Source: Bacteroidia bacterium (lineage in GTDB: Bacteria > Bacteroidota > Bacteroidia > M30B66). Taken from it: a DNA stretch of 64,000 bases. The stretch's first letter is position 1, and each line of letters starts with the position of its first letter. Made by a program: the position numbers and the translations under genes. Below are positions 1 through 9,277 of this stretch, one piece after another. The notes under the pieces were generated by a model. That model did no database searches. It saw nothing but the letters and a program-made list of their open reading frames with translations, and was not told the origin of the DNA. The stretch spans positions 2,464,001 to 2,528,000 of the forward strand of contig OZ257142.1 in NCBI GenBank assembly GCA_965279035.1, given 5' to 3'.

Positions 1-1
1 A

Positions 2-844
2 TGGTTAGGAGAATTCATTTCTAAAGAGCGTGATCATTTTGTTTTAGCAACCAAGTTCGCATTGAAGGATCGAAATGGTGATCCAAATTATGCTGGGAAT
101 CATCGTAAAAACTTGATGCGTTCAGTGAAAGCTAGCCTCGAACGATTGCAAACTAACTACATTGATTTATTGTGGCTTCATGCCTGGGATTTTACGGTAG
201 CTCCCGAAGAACTCATGCGTGCATTGCAAGACTTAATTCATCAAGGAACCGTTCATCATATTGGAATTAGTGATACTCCCGCTTGGATTGTTTCTCAAGC
301 CAATACCATAGCTGAACTCAGAGGATGGAATCGTTTTGCTGGATTGCAGGTTGAATACAATTTACTTCAACGATCGCCTGAAGCAGATTTGCTCCCCATG
401 GCAAAATCATTCAATTTGGCTGTTACACCTTGGGCACCTCTAGCAGGTGGTGCTTTAACAGGAAAATACCTGAAAAATGAATCGGGCCGGGTGAATGAAG
501 AAAGTGTGAGAAGAAGTCAACTTGCGAATTCTATTGCTAGTGAAGTAGTTCAAATTGCAGAGGAATTGGATGTAAGTCCGGCACAAGTAGCTATCAATTG
601 GACGCGTCAACGAAATCAAGTTGTGATTCCTATTATTGGTGCTAGAAAAGCAGAACAATTAGCTGATAGTTTAGGTGCTACCTCATTTGTATTGCCCGAA
701 GAAAGTATGGAAAGACTCAATAAAATCAGTGCGATTGATCTTGGTTTTCCACATGAATTTTTAAAAACCGATGGAGTAAAGGATGTATTGTTTGGGGGAA
801 CATACACTCAAGTAGAAAACCATAATAGTAGTTTTCTACGTTAA
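2..844 (+). CDS. Aldo/keto reductase (5'-truncated by window edge)
   Basis: Frame is open from base 2 (WLGEFISKERDHFVLATKF). Motifs SLERLQTNYIDLLWLH, IGISD, QVEYNL, PWAPLAGG, PIIGA. Confidence 0.93.
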   Translation, partial: WLGEFISKERDHFVLATKFALKDRNGDPNYAGNHRKNLMRSVKASLERLQTNYIDLLWLHAWDFTVAPEELMRALQDLIHQGTVHHIGISDTPAWIVSQANTIAELRGWNRFAGLQVEYNLLQRSPEADLLPMAKSFNLAVTPWAPLAGGALTGKYLKNESGRVNEESVRRSQLANSIASEVVQIAEELDVSPAQVAINWTRQRNQVVIPIIGARKAEQLADSLGATSFVLPEESMERLNKISAIDLGFPHEFLKTDGVKDVLFGGTYTQVENHNSSFLR

Positions 845-868
845 TCCTTTTATCAAGTAAATCTACCT

Positions 869-1651
869 ATGAAAATTTATTCTTTGTTATCGATGTTTCT
901 CTGTTTGCTTAGTACAGGGAACCTTTTTTCTCAATCAACCTACATTGATAAGGCCATTTCTGCAAATGATCATGAGCGAAAGAGACCATTGACAGATGCC
1001 TTAGAGCTAGGATTTAATGCCGTTTCGGCTCAACTTGAATTGAAGAAAGATGGTAAATTATATTGTGGTTCAGGTACTTTAAAAGAACGGTATCTTGATC
1101 CTTTGCGTTTGAGATCGAACAATGGAGCTCAATTTATTTTCCCAGAACATCCCGATGAATTCTTGCTTTTATTGGAAGTAACGAGCGATAGTTCTTTAAC
1201 CTATGCCGCATTGATTAAAGATTTAGAAGAGTATTATCCCATGTTGACTTCATTCGAAGGAACTAAAAAAACTAAGAAGCCCGTTCGCATTGTTTTAAGT
1301 GGAAAAATCCCTCATAAAACCATGTATTCAGAATCTATTCGACGCGTGTTTGCAGAAGATTTAGTGAATAAATTGGATTTAAATCATGATGCTACTTATT
1401 GCTCCGTTTCAAGTTTGAAAATGAAAAAATTATTCGATTGGAAAGGAGAAGGAAATATGCCCAACATGCAATACCATTCGCTTGGATCATACATCAAGAA
1501 TGGACATAAATTGGGACGTTGGGTGCGTATATATGATTTGCCCGAAGTACCCAATACATTTGATATTCTGTTAGAAGCGGGAGCTGATTATTTAGAAGTA
1601 AAGGACATAAAAAGTTTTGCTGAGTATTGGAAAAAGCGAAAGCCTTATTAA
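869..1651 (+). CDS. Secreted PLC-like/GDPD-like phosphodiesterase-fold protein with degenerate active site
   Basis: Signal peptide. SANDH..RPLTDAL..GFNAVSAQL resembles the HSHNDY..PL..AL..GF.SIEAD motif; LKERYLDPL; AGADYL. Confidence 0.6.
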   Translation: MKIYSLLSMFLCLLSTGNLFSQSTYIDKAISANDHERKRPLTDALELGFNAVSAQLELKKDGKLYCGSGTLKERYLDPLRLRSNNGAQFIFPEHPDEFLLLLEVTSDSSLTYAALIKDLEEYYPMLTSFEGTKKTKKPVRIVLSGKIPHKTMYSESIRRVFAEDLVNKLDLNHDATYCSVSSLKMKKLFDWKGEGNMPNMQYHSLGSYIKNGHKLGRWVRIYDLPEVPNTFDILLEAGADYLEVKDIKSFAEYWKKRKPY

Positions 1652-1742
1652 TCAATGAACGTTTATTAATACTAACATTTCGCCTTTCATAATTAAGTTC
1701 ATTTCGATGCGTTGAGGATTCAATTCAACTGAACTTAGCTAA

Positions 1743-4325
1743 ATGTTCCTCCGCATTTCCAAAACCCTTTTTATCATCTGGAAATACACACGCAAACCCT
1801 TGATGTGGTTGGCTGGAAGCATTACAGTTTGTATTCTTGCTGCTTGGATATTAGCCGCTATTTTTGAAGATGAAGTCAAAGAATTCTTTCTTCAGAAAAT
1901 CAATGCAGAACTCAATACCAAAGTGGAGATTGGAAAAATAGAATTCTCTCTTCTATCGCATTTTCCAAATGCAAGTATTTCACTAGAGCAAGTAAAAGCT
2001 CATCATTCCAAACCATATAAAGGTGCTGGATATTTATTGGAAGCGAGTTCCATCGATTTTAGTTTTAGTGTATTGGATTTATTCAGTGGAAACTATACGG
2101 TTGATCAAATTGATCTCAACAATGGAGCAATCAATATAATACGCAACGAAGATGGTATCATTAACTACGAATTGATTAAATCGGATACCACAAAAGGAAA
2201 AGAAGACGGAAAATTTCAATTTGAGTTAAGTGCATTCCACGTTCGAAATGTGAATATGCTTGTACGTGATGATCCTTCCGATTTTGCGACTTTATTTTTC
2301 ATTAGCAAAGGGAAATTCAGTGGAGCATTCACAAAAGACATTTTCGATCTTGAAATCGAGAGTGAAATTCAATTAAATCATCTCACAAGCGACGAAACTG
2401 TATGGATTCAAGATCGTCCTCTGAGCATTGACCTTGGTTTACAAATCAATCAGAAAGAAGACCTATACACATTTTCAGAAGGAGAATTCCGAATTTCAGA
2501 TTTAGCACTTTCAATTCAAGGTACTATTCAGAATAAAGAAATTCCAACGTTCAATTTGCAATTTGGTGGAAAGAATTTGGATATAAGTTCATTCTTGTCC
2601 TTGCTGCCAAAGGAATATAATGAACAAATTAAAAAGTACCGAAGTGATGGTAAATTCTACTGTTCGGCCGAATTAAAAGGAAAGTGGAGTAAAGAAGAAA
2701 ATCCGTTTTTCAAAGCGGAATTTGGAATACAAAAGGGTGAAATCCTACAAAAGGAAAATGATATTCAATTAGAAGATGTGAATTTTAGCGGAAGTTTCAA
2801 CAATGGCTCTAAACATTGTTTAGCAACAAGTACCTTGGATTTACAAAATGTGCAAATGAAATTGAAAAGCGGCACGGTAAAAGGCCGACTTAAACTAATC
2901 AATTTTGACCATCCAAATTTGAATGCTCAAGCCAATGCATCCTTATCTCTAAATGATATTCAACAATTTTTCCCATTAGATCCTTTGTTTTTAAAAACTG
3001 GAAATGCTTCTCTTCAAATAACCTTGAATGGTCCAATTGCCGGAGGTTTGAAACCAGGAACATCCCCAACAAATCAACTTCTGGCTAATGGCTTACTTCA
3101 AATTGAAGATGCCTCATTTAAAATACAAGGTGATTCACTTGATTATTCGGGATTTTCAGGGAATTTCCGTTTTAGTAATAATGATGTGTCGGTCGATAAT
3201 TTCAGAGGAAAAGCCGGTCAAACAGATTTCTTAATGAAGGGCCATTTAGGGAATGTATTTGGCTATTTGTTTTCGAAAGATCAACCAATCTATATTGAAA
3301 CAACAGTTCAAAGTCAGCATGTGTATTTGGATGAATTGTTTGGGCGACATTCAACTAATAGCAATCCTGATTCAGCCTATCGATTTCGAATTTCACCACG
3401 ACTTAGTTTGAAGGTGAATGCCCGAGTTGATCAATTGCAATTCCGGAAATTTAAAGCTAAAAGTATTGTTGGTGATTTTCGTGTTTCAAATCGTGAACTC
3501 ATTGCAGATCGACTCATTCTTCAAACAATGGGTGGTTCATTAAGTATGAATGGGAATGTTGATGGAACTCTAGAAAAAAATCTACTACTCACCTGCTCTG
3601 CTAAACTTAAAAATGTTGATATCACAAGCGTTTTTGTTGAGTGCGAAAATTTTGGGCAGGATGTAATGAATGATAAAAACATCCGCGGAAAACTAGAAGC
3701 CGATGTAAATTTCACAACGCTACTTTCGGCTGGATTGGAAATAGATTTGAATAAACTCTACTGTCGATCCGACATTGTTATCAGTCAAGGAGAGCTGATC
3801 AATTTTACACCTTTGAATAATCTATCTCGCTTTATTAGTTTGGATGAATTGAAGCATGTTAAATTCTCCACTTTAAAAAATCAAATCGAGATTCGAGATC
3901 GAAAAATCATCATCCCAAAAATGGATATTGCCTCAAGTGCTATAAGTATTGGAGCTTCAGGAACACATAATTTTGACAACATAGTTGATTATCATTTTGA
4001 GATTTTACTTTCAGATCTTTTATCCCGTAAAGCCAAGAAAGCCAAAATAGAAAATGAAGAATTTGGGGTAATTGAAGAAGATGGATTGGGGAAAACTCGA
4101 TTGTTTATTTTGATGAAAGGTCAGCTCGATAAGCCAATCATTGCTTACGACAAAAAAGGAGCTCAACAAAAAATCCGGAACGACCTCCAAACAGAAAAGA
4201 AAACGATGAAACAGATTCTGCATGAAGAATTTGGATTGTATAAAAAAGACAGCACCATCATCAAAAACAAAAAAATCATCCCAGATAAGAAAAAGAAAAA
4301 GGTGATTATAGAGTTTGAAGATTAA
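1743..4325 (+). CDS. AsmA-like family protein
   Basis: N-terminal TM anchor, long beta-rich body, C-terminal segment FSTLKNQIEIRDRKIIIPKMDI..SGTHNFDN. Confidence 0.85.
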   Translation: MFLRISKTLFIIWKYTRKPLMWLAGSITVCILAAWILAAIFEDEVKEFFLQKINAELNTKVEIGKIEFSLLSHFPNASISLEQVKAHHSKPYKGAGYLLEASSIDFSFSVLDLFSGNYTVDQIDLNNGAINIIRNEDGIINYELIKSDTTKGKEDGKFQFELSAFHVRNVNMLVRDDPSDFATLFFISKGKFSGAFTKDIFDLEIESEIQLNHLTSDETVWIQDRPLSIDLGLQINQKEDLYTFSEGEFRISDLALSIQGTIQNKEIPTFNLQFGGKNLDISSFLSLLPKEYNEQIKKYRSDGKFYCSAELKGKWSKEENPFFKAEFGIQKGEILQKENDIQLEDVNFSGSFNNGSKHCLATSTLDLQNVQMKLKSGTVKGRLKLINFDHPNLNAQANASLSLNDIQQFFPLDPLFLKTGNASLQITLNGPIAGGLKPGTSPTNQLLANGLLQIEDASFKIQGDSLDYSGFSGNFRFSNNDVSVDNFRGKAGQTDFLMKGHLGNVFGYLFSKDQPIYIETTVQSQHVYLDELFGRHSTNSNPDSAYRFRISPRLSLKVNARVDQLQFRKFKAKSIVGDFRVSNRELIADRLILQTMGGSLSMNGNVDGTLEKNLLLTCSAKLKNVDITSVFVECENFGQDVMNDKNIRGKLEADVNFTTLLSAGLEIDLNKLYCRSDIVISQGELINFTPLNNLSRFISLDELKHVKFSTLKNQIEIRDRKIIIPKMDIASSAISIGASGTHNFDNIVDYHFEILLSDLLSRKAKKAKIENEEFGVIEEDGLGKTRLFILMKGQLDKPIIAYDKKGAQQKIRNDLQTEKKTMKQILHEEFGLYKKDSTIIKNKKIIPDKKKKKVIIEFED

Positions 4326-4343
4326 TCCGATAGCTATCGGATT
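4324..4343. repeat. Perfect 20-bp palindrome AATCCGATAGCTATCGGATT
   Basis: Read directly. A degenerate second copy (ATCCTGATAGCTATCCGGA) lies at 4379-4397. Confidence 0.85.
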
Positions 4344-4432
4344 GATGTGCTGGTAAATATTGTGCTTATGTGCTGATTATCCTGATAGCTATCCGGAGAA
4401 GTGCTGATTGAAAATGTGCTGATTTGCTGATT
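4343..4432. repeat. Degenerate TGTGCTGA(T) short-unit repeats
   Basis: Several TGTGCTG/TGCTGATT units, the same motif as at 19424-19514. Confidence 0.7.
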
Positions 4433-4496
4433 ATCCTGCTAAAAACAGACGATGTGCAAGTGGAAAATAGATTGCTGTTTATCGTTTAGTGGATAT

Positions 4497-4650
4497 TTTG
4501 AGTTTCCCAACAGCATCCCCGAAATTCATTCCGGGTTTGATGTTTTAATTTAAAGTTTGAGTTTCCCAACAGCATCCCCGGAATTCATTCCGGGATTTAT
4601 AAGTTAATTTGATGTTTGAGTTTCCCAACAGCATCCCCGAAATTCATTCC
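4497..4650. repeat. Three direct repeats of 36-39 bp with 59-bp period, each hairpin-forming
   Basis: TTTGAGTTTCCCAACAGCATCCCCG(A/G)AATTCATTCC(GGG) starts at 4497, 4556 and 4615, separated by two different 20-nt AT-rich linkers. Confidence 0.92.
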
Positions 4651-4757
4651 AGAAGAACAGAGTTGAATTTTTATTGTTTAAAATTCATTTGTTGAAATCT
4701 CTTTTCTAATTGATAGATCATAATAATCGAAATTTGAATTTCAATAATGAATGATTG

Positions 4758-5831
4758 ATGTCGGAAAAACCCTATACGAAAGGACGTGGAGCGCAGATGA
4801 ATCCGGCAAATCGCTTTTTGAAATTGCGTCAGGAAGTGGATGTTGAGCACCAATCAACAAATGAAGAAAAGGAAGCATTACTCAACGAAAATCCCGAGAC
4901 AAACTATTTAGATGTATTCCCAAAAACCATCATCAATAAAGTAGAAAGTACCGATTTACCTGATTATAGTTTGAATCCCTATCAAGGCTGTGAGCATGGT
5001 TGTGTGTATTGCTATGCACGAAATACTCATGAATACTGGGGTTTTAGTGCAGGTGCTGATTTTGAGCAAAACATATTAGTAAAACGTAATGCTCCTGAAT
5101 TATTACGAAAAACGCTATCCGATCCAAAATGGAAAGCCGAACTCATCATGTTGGCGGGCAATACTGATATTTATCAACCCATAGAACGTAAACTTAAAAT
5201 CACCCGAGAAATACTGGAAGTGTTTTGGAAATTCCGTCATCCGGTTGGAATGATTACAAAAAACAGTTTGATCGAACGGGATATCGACATTTTAGAAAAG
5301 CTCGCTTCCGAAAATTTAGTCAACGTGCTATTAAGTTTAACAACACTCGATGAACATCTAAAGCGGAAACTTGAGCCTAGAACTTCTTCTGCCAAGAATA
5401 TATTAAAAACAATAGAGCTGCTTACTGCACGAGGAATACCTGTTCGAATTCTTGCTGCTCCGATTATTCCTTCAATCAACGACCATGAGATTCATAACAT
5501 CGTAAAAGCTGTTGCCGACGCTGGAGCTTTGGGAGTTTCGTATCAAGTTGTACGATTAAATGGACAAGTTGCAGCGCTTTTTGAAGATTGGCTGAGAAAG
5601 AATTTTCCTGATCGGGCTGATAAAGTATTGAATCAAATTCGATCGGTTCATGGCGGTCAACTCAACGATTCGCGCTTTGGTATTCGAATGCGAGGCGAAG
5701 GACTATGGGCTGAAATGATCCGTAAACAGTTTAAACTAGCCACAGCTAAGTATTTGAAAGATCGTCATGTTCCAAGCTTGAATTTTGATTTACATGAACT
5801 GAACAAAGGCGGCCAAATGCGGTTGTTTTAA
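4758..5831 (+). CDS. PA0069 family radical SAM protein (spore photoproduct lyase-like)
   Basis: KGRGAQ.NP.NRF N-terminus, NPYQGCEHGCVYCYAR (CxxxCxxC), TDIYQPIE, LEPRT, C-terminal QMRLF. Confidence 0.92.
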   Translation: MSEKPYTKGRGAQMNPANRFLKLRQEVDVEHQSTNEEKEALLNENPETNYLDVFPKTIINKVESTDLPDYSLNPYQGCEHGCVYCYARNTHEYWGFSAGADFEQNILVKRNAPELLRKTLSDPKWKAELIMLAGNTDIYQPIERKLKITREILEVFWKFRHPVGMITKNSLIERDIDILEKLASENLVNVLLSLTTLDEHLKRKLEPRTSSAKNILKTIELLTARGIPVRILAAPIIPSINDHEIHNIVKAVADAGALGVSYQVVRLNGQVAALFEDWLRKNFPDRADKVLNQIRSVHGGQLNDSRFGIRMRGEGLWAEMIRKQFKLATAKYLKDRHVPSLNFDLHELNKGGQMRLF

Positions 5832-5887
5832 TCAACATTAAAATTTCATTCAAAATAAAAACATCTAGGAATGCCTCGATTTATTTG

Positions 5888-5895
5888 TATTTTTG
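5888..5895 (+). promoter_or_regulatory. Bacteroidota -7 promoter element TATTTTTG
   Basis: Matches TAnnTTTG upstream of ATG 5941. Confidence 0.5.
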
Positions 5896-5940
5896 TTATC
5901 CTTCCTAGTACAATGCAATTCCAACCTAACTTTTTTTGAG

Positions 5941-8016
5941 ATGAATTTAAAACATGTACAATTTCGACTATTGAATAAGGTGTTTAGCCCGATATTCATT
6001 TTGGGTTTCATCCTTTTTAACCATTCTGTTAAAGCACAAACACAAGTAATAATTCCAGATAATCTAATTGCAAACGATTTTGCAAGTTATGGTACTGGTG
6101 GATGGCGGATGCTTTCTACAGGTAATTCAAGCAGTTCAATTGTTGCTGTAGCCGATTTTAATATTCCTGAAAATACAGGTCCTCATAGCATTCGTGCGAG
6201 CAGAACCGGTGGATCTGGAATCAATCGATCATTTTTAGGATATTATGAAGAGTCGAGAACACTTTCTATGCTCAGCTCTGTTTCTTGGAATCAATATTCC
6301 GAACAAGGAACAGATTCTTATCTAAATATTTTCATTACAAATGGTCAAGCTGCGGCAACCATCGTTTATCAACCTGCAACTGTTTTAAATTCATGGACAA
6401 CTCATACATTCAATAGTAGTTCATCTTCTGCAGCACTAAGCATTCGGGTAGGTAGTACATCAACTCCAATTACTTATGCTCAATTGATGAGTCAATATGG
6501 AACTTGGACGATTTATGATCATCCAAACACGTATGTTGCTCCTAATACTTTTAGCGATTTTATCGGAGGAATTGTTTTAGTATCTGGATCTAGTAGTCCA
6601 ATATTAGCACAAACACATACGTATGATGGTGTTGTAATTACATTTACTGCTGAAACTCCAAAATCATATGATTTTGTTTCTCCACTACCTACTCCTCCAG
6701 GATGTTCAGCAGTTTCTGTGGTTAGTTATGAACCAGGATTGCGTCAAGATGGTACACCTGTTTTATCAACACGACAATTTTTTAATAATGCAACAGGTGC
6801 TCCTCAAAATTATGATGTAGCAGTTCCTGAAGATCAAGTAAACTTTGTGTCTCTCGGATTTGGAGGTAAGATTGTTTTAGAGCTAGAAAATCCTATTAAA
6901 AATGGACCTGGAGATGATCTTCGTGTGTATGAAACTACCTATGGGATTTCTCCAAATAAATGTCAACGAAGCCCCGAAAGAGTAAAAGTATATGCTTCAC
7001 AGGATGGATGTAATTATGTGTATTTAGGAGAAGGTTGTCAAGATGCTACCTTTAATTTAAACACTCTAGCTTGGGCTAGCTTCATTAAATTGGTAGATGT
7101 AAGCCCACTAAATGCAACCTATGTAAACAGCAATAATGGTCCTGAAGACGGATACGATTTGGATGGAATTGTATGCTTACATGGCATTGCAACAGATTTA
7201 ACACCAAGTGCATTAGTTCCTGCTGTGTTGACAGAAGTGATTGATCACACTCCCGATTCAGAAGCTCGTCGAAAAAACAATACCTTAATTATTAATGGAA
7301 CACCTGAACGAAGAGTAACTACGAAAATGTTGGGAATACCACAAAACAATAACACGCTGAATTTTTATTCCATGGGATTTGGTGGATTTGTAGTTGTGAA
7401 ATTCGATTATGTGGTATTCGATGGTATTGGAAACGACCTTCGTATTTATGAAACATCATACGGAAATCCAACTTGTGCCAATTATCCTGAGAAAGCAAAC
7501 GTAGAAGTTTCTTTGGACGGAACAACTTGGGTTGATTTAGGTACCTATTGTCAAGATGGTACATTAGATATTGCACCTACTGGATTCCAAGGAATTCAAT
7601 ATGTGCGTTTAGTAGATCGCTCGCCAATTAGTTCAACTAAATTCCCTGGAAATGCCGATGCATATGATTTAGATGGAATTGTTGATATTCATGCTTGTGC
7701 AATTAATTCAGCTTCTCGTTTAGCAAACGATGATGGTGAAGAAGTAATTGAAGGAATTCCAAGTTCTGCTAGTGTTTATCCAAATCCTTTTCAAGACAAA
7801 GTCACTGTGAGTTTTATCAATGAAAGCAATGACCATGAAGTTTCAATTTCGATTTACAATTTGTTAGGTGCTTTGGTTTATTCCAAAAAATACCCAATTG
7901 CTTCAGAAGCATTTTTTAATCAAACTGTTGATTTATCTGAACTTCCTGCTGGACTTTATACGATTCACACAGCTTGTCCAAGCTTCACACAATCGGATAA
8001 AATCCTGAAACAATAA
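5941..8016 (+). CDS. T9SS type A CTD secreted protein with an internally duplicated domain
   Basis: Signal peptide ending VKA-Q. Two copies of S(L/M)GFGG...DLR.YET.YG...Y(D)LDGI. C-terminal VYPNPF...LPAGLY...KILKQ. Confidence 0.85.
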   Translation: MNLKHVQFRLLNKVFSPIFILGFILFNHSVKAQTQVIIPDNLIANDFASYGTGGWRMLSTGNSSSSIVAVADFNIPENTGPHSIRASRTGGSGINRSFLGYYEESRTLSMLSSVSWNQYSEQGTDSYLNIFITNGQAAATIVYQPATVLNSWTTHTFNSSSSSAALSIRVGSTSTPITYAQLMSQYGTWTIYDHPNTYVAPNTFSDFIGGIVLVSGSSSPILAQTHTYDGVVITFTAETPKSYDFVSPLPTPPGCSAVSVVSYEPGLRQDGTPVLSTRQFFNNATGAPQNYDVAVPEDQVNFVSLGFGGKIVLELENPIKNGPGDDLRVYETTYGISPNKCQRSPERVKVYASQDGCNYVYLGEGCQDATFNLNTLAWASFIKLVDVSPLNATYVNSNNGPEDGYDLDGIVCLHGIATDLTPSALVPAVLTEVIDHTPDSEARRKNNTLIINGTPERRVTTKMLGIPQNNNTLNFYSMGFGGFVVVKFDYVVFDGIGNDLRIYETSYGNPTCANYPEKANVEVSLDGTTWVDLGTYCQDGTLDIAPTGFQGIQYVRLVDRSPISSTKFPGNADAYDLDGIVDIHACAINSASRLANDDGEEVIEGIPSSASVYPNPFQDKVTVSFINESNDHEVSISIYNLLGALVYSKKYPIASEAFFNQTVDLSELPAGLYTIHTACPSFTQSDKILKQ

Positions 8017-8039
8017 ATTGGATTTATTATATAAAACTC

Positions 8040-8070
8040 AAAAGCCCATTCGCTATGAATGGGCTTTTTT
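8040..8070. terminator. Intrinsic terminator, probably bidirectional
   Basis: AAAAGCCCATTC-gctat-GAATGGGCTTTTTT between convergent genes. Confidence 0.85.
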
Positions 8071-8160
8071 ATTTGCCTACTTTATTGCTAGCAGGCATTT
8101 CAATCGGATAATGAAAATCACAAACACATCATCAAAAAATCCGAAAGAAATAAACGAACG

Positions 8161-8781
8161 TTAAACAGGTTCTGAGGATTGAGCAACGTCGTTTTTGTAC
8201 AATTGAAAAAATAAAATAGGAAGAAAAATAATAATCAGAACGATTGCTCCAAGAAGAAATAAAACGTTAGCTCCGGGAAATTGAAGGAATTTAAAAATGG
8301 CTCCAATAGATACGACGATCCCTCCAATTGCCCCACTTAAACTTCTAATTCGAGCATTTCTCGAAAGGAAAGAATAATTCCGAATGGAAATTATTAAAAT
8401 GAAAATCATAGATAATAGTAAAAAGCAATTTCCAAAGAACATGATTACACTTCCGCCAGGCCAATGAAAAGTGCGGAATGTAAAGGCAGTCAATGTTAAT
8501 AAGGATGCTAAAAATCCAGTTGAATACAGGAGCTTTTTCATAGTGAGTTGTTTTTTAAACGTGAGTAAAAAGACAGTTCGTTCTTCAATAGCCGTTAAAC
8601 CTTCAGGAGATAATTGAAGAATGGCTTCATTCATTGCCGCTTCGAATGAAATTCCAGAATCGAGTTGTGCTTCAATGTGACAACACAAATGATCGAGCAA
8701 TTCTACCCGAAGTGAATGCATGCTGACAGAGTGATTTACAAGCATCGACACTTGTTCGAATTGGTCATCCTGCAGATCCAT
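8161..8781 (-). CDS. PadR-associated membrane protein (ELLDHLCCHIE N-domain plus 4 TM helices)
   Basis: EL.DH motif; repeated F..(H/Q)(W/F)PG(G/A) TM hairpins; overlaps the padR stop. Confidence 0.75.
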   Translation of the reverse strand: MDLQDDQFEQVSMLVNHSVSMHSLRVELLDHLCCHIEAQLDSGISFEAAMNEAILQLSPEGLTAIEERTVFLLTFKKQLTMKKLLYSTGFLASLLTLTAFTFRTFHWPGGSVIMFFGNCFLLLSMIFILIISIRNYSFLSRNARIRSLSGAIGGIVVSIGAIFKFLQFPGANVLFLLGAIVLIIIFLPILFFQLYKNDVAQSSEPV

Positions 8782-9118
8782 AGTGTAATCCAGGTTGAGG
8801 AATTAATACTTGCTGAAGGGTTTCGAAAAACTGGAATAGTTCATCCACGCGAATCCGAGATTGCGTTTTCCCGGTTGCAGTTAATCGGTAATAGATGCGC
8901 GGTCGTTTACCAATAAACTCTTCTTCTGTACTTAAAAAACCTTCAGCTTCAAGCTTGTGTAAGGCTGGATACAAGGAGCCTTCTTTGAGCAAAATTTTAC
9001 CATCGGTGCGCTCTTTCACCGCCTGTGTTATTTCATATCCATACATACGCCCTTTCTCATCTAATAAATTGAGAAGAATGGTGCTAAGTGTTCCTTTTAA
9101 AAGTTCTTTCGAATACAT
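8765..9118 (-). CDS. PadR family transcriptional regulator
   Basis: ELLKGTL, MYGYEI, EGSLYPALHKLE, RIYYRLT..G. Confidence 0.93.
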   Translation of the reverse strand: MYSKELLKGTLSTILLNLLDEKGRMYGYEITQAVKERTDGKILLKEGSLYPALHKLEAEGFLSTEEEFIGKRPRIYYRLTATGKTQSRIRVDELFQFFETLQQVLIPQPGLHYGSAG

Positions 9119-9122
9119 AGGA

Positions 9123-9148
9123 CAAATATACATTGAACTTCTATGCAT
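9123..9148 (-). promoter_or_regulatory. -7 element TATATTTG with overlapping imperfect inverted repeat (candidate PadR operator)
   Basis: CAAATATA at 9123-9130; ATACAT-N9-ATGCAT at 9128-9148. Confidence 0.5.
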
Positions 9149-9277
9149 TAACAATTATTAAATCCATTTTAGTATGTTGAATTGAAAAAAATGGATTAAC
9201 GTATTCAAAATAAATCAGTTAAAATTTCAATAAGATAGTATACGATCTTCACCATTCAAAATGCTTTACTTTGAAAA

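Noticed and set aside
4497-4650. Calling the 59-bp array a CRISPR
   Set aside because: Only three units, 20-nt mutually similar AT-rich linkers, no cas genes, and no recognised repeat termini.
4671-4853. 60-aa antisense ORF beside the repeat array
   Set aside because: Antisense to the radical SAM gene, with no recognisable motif.
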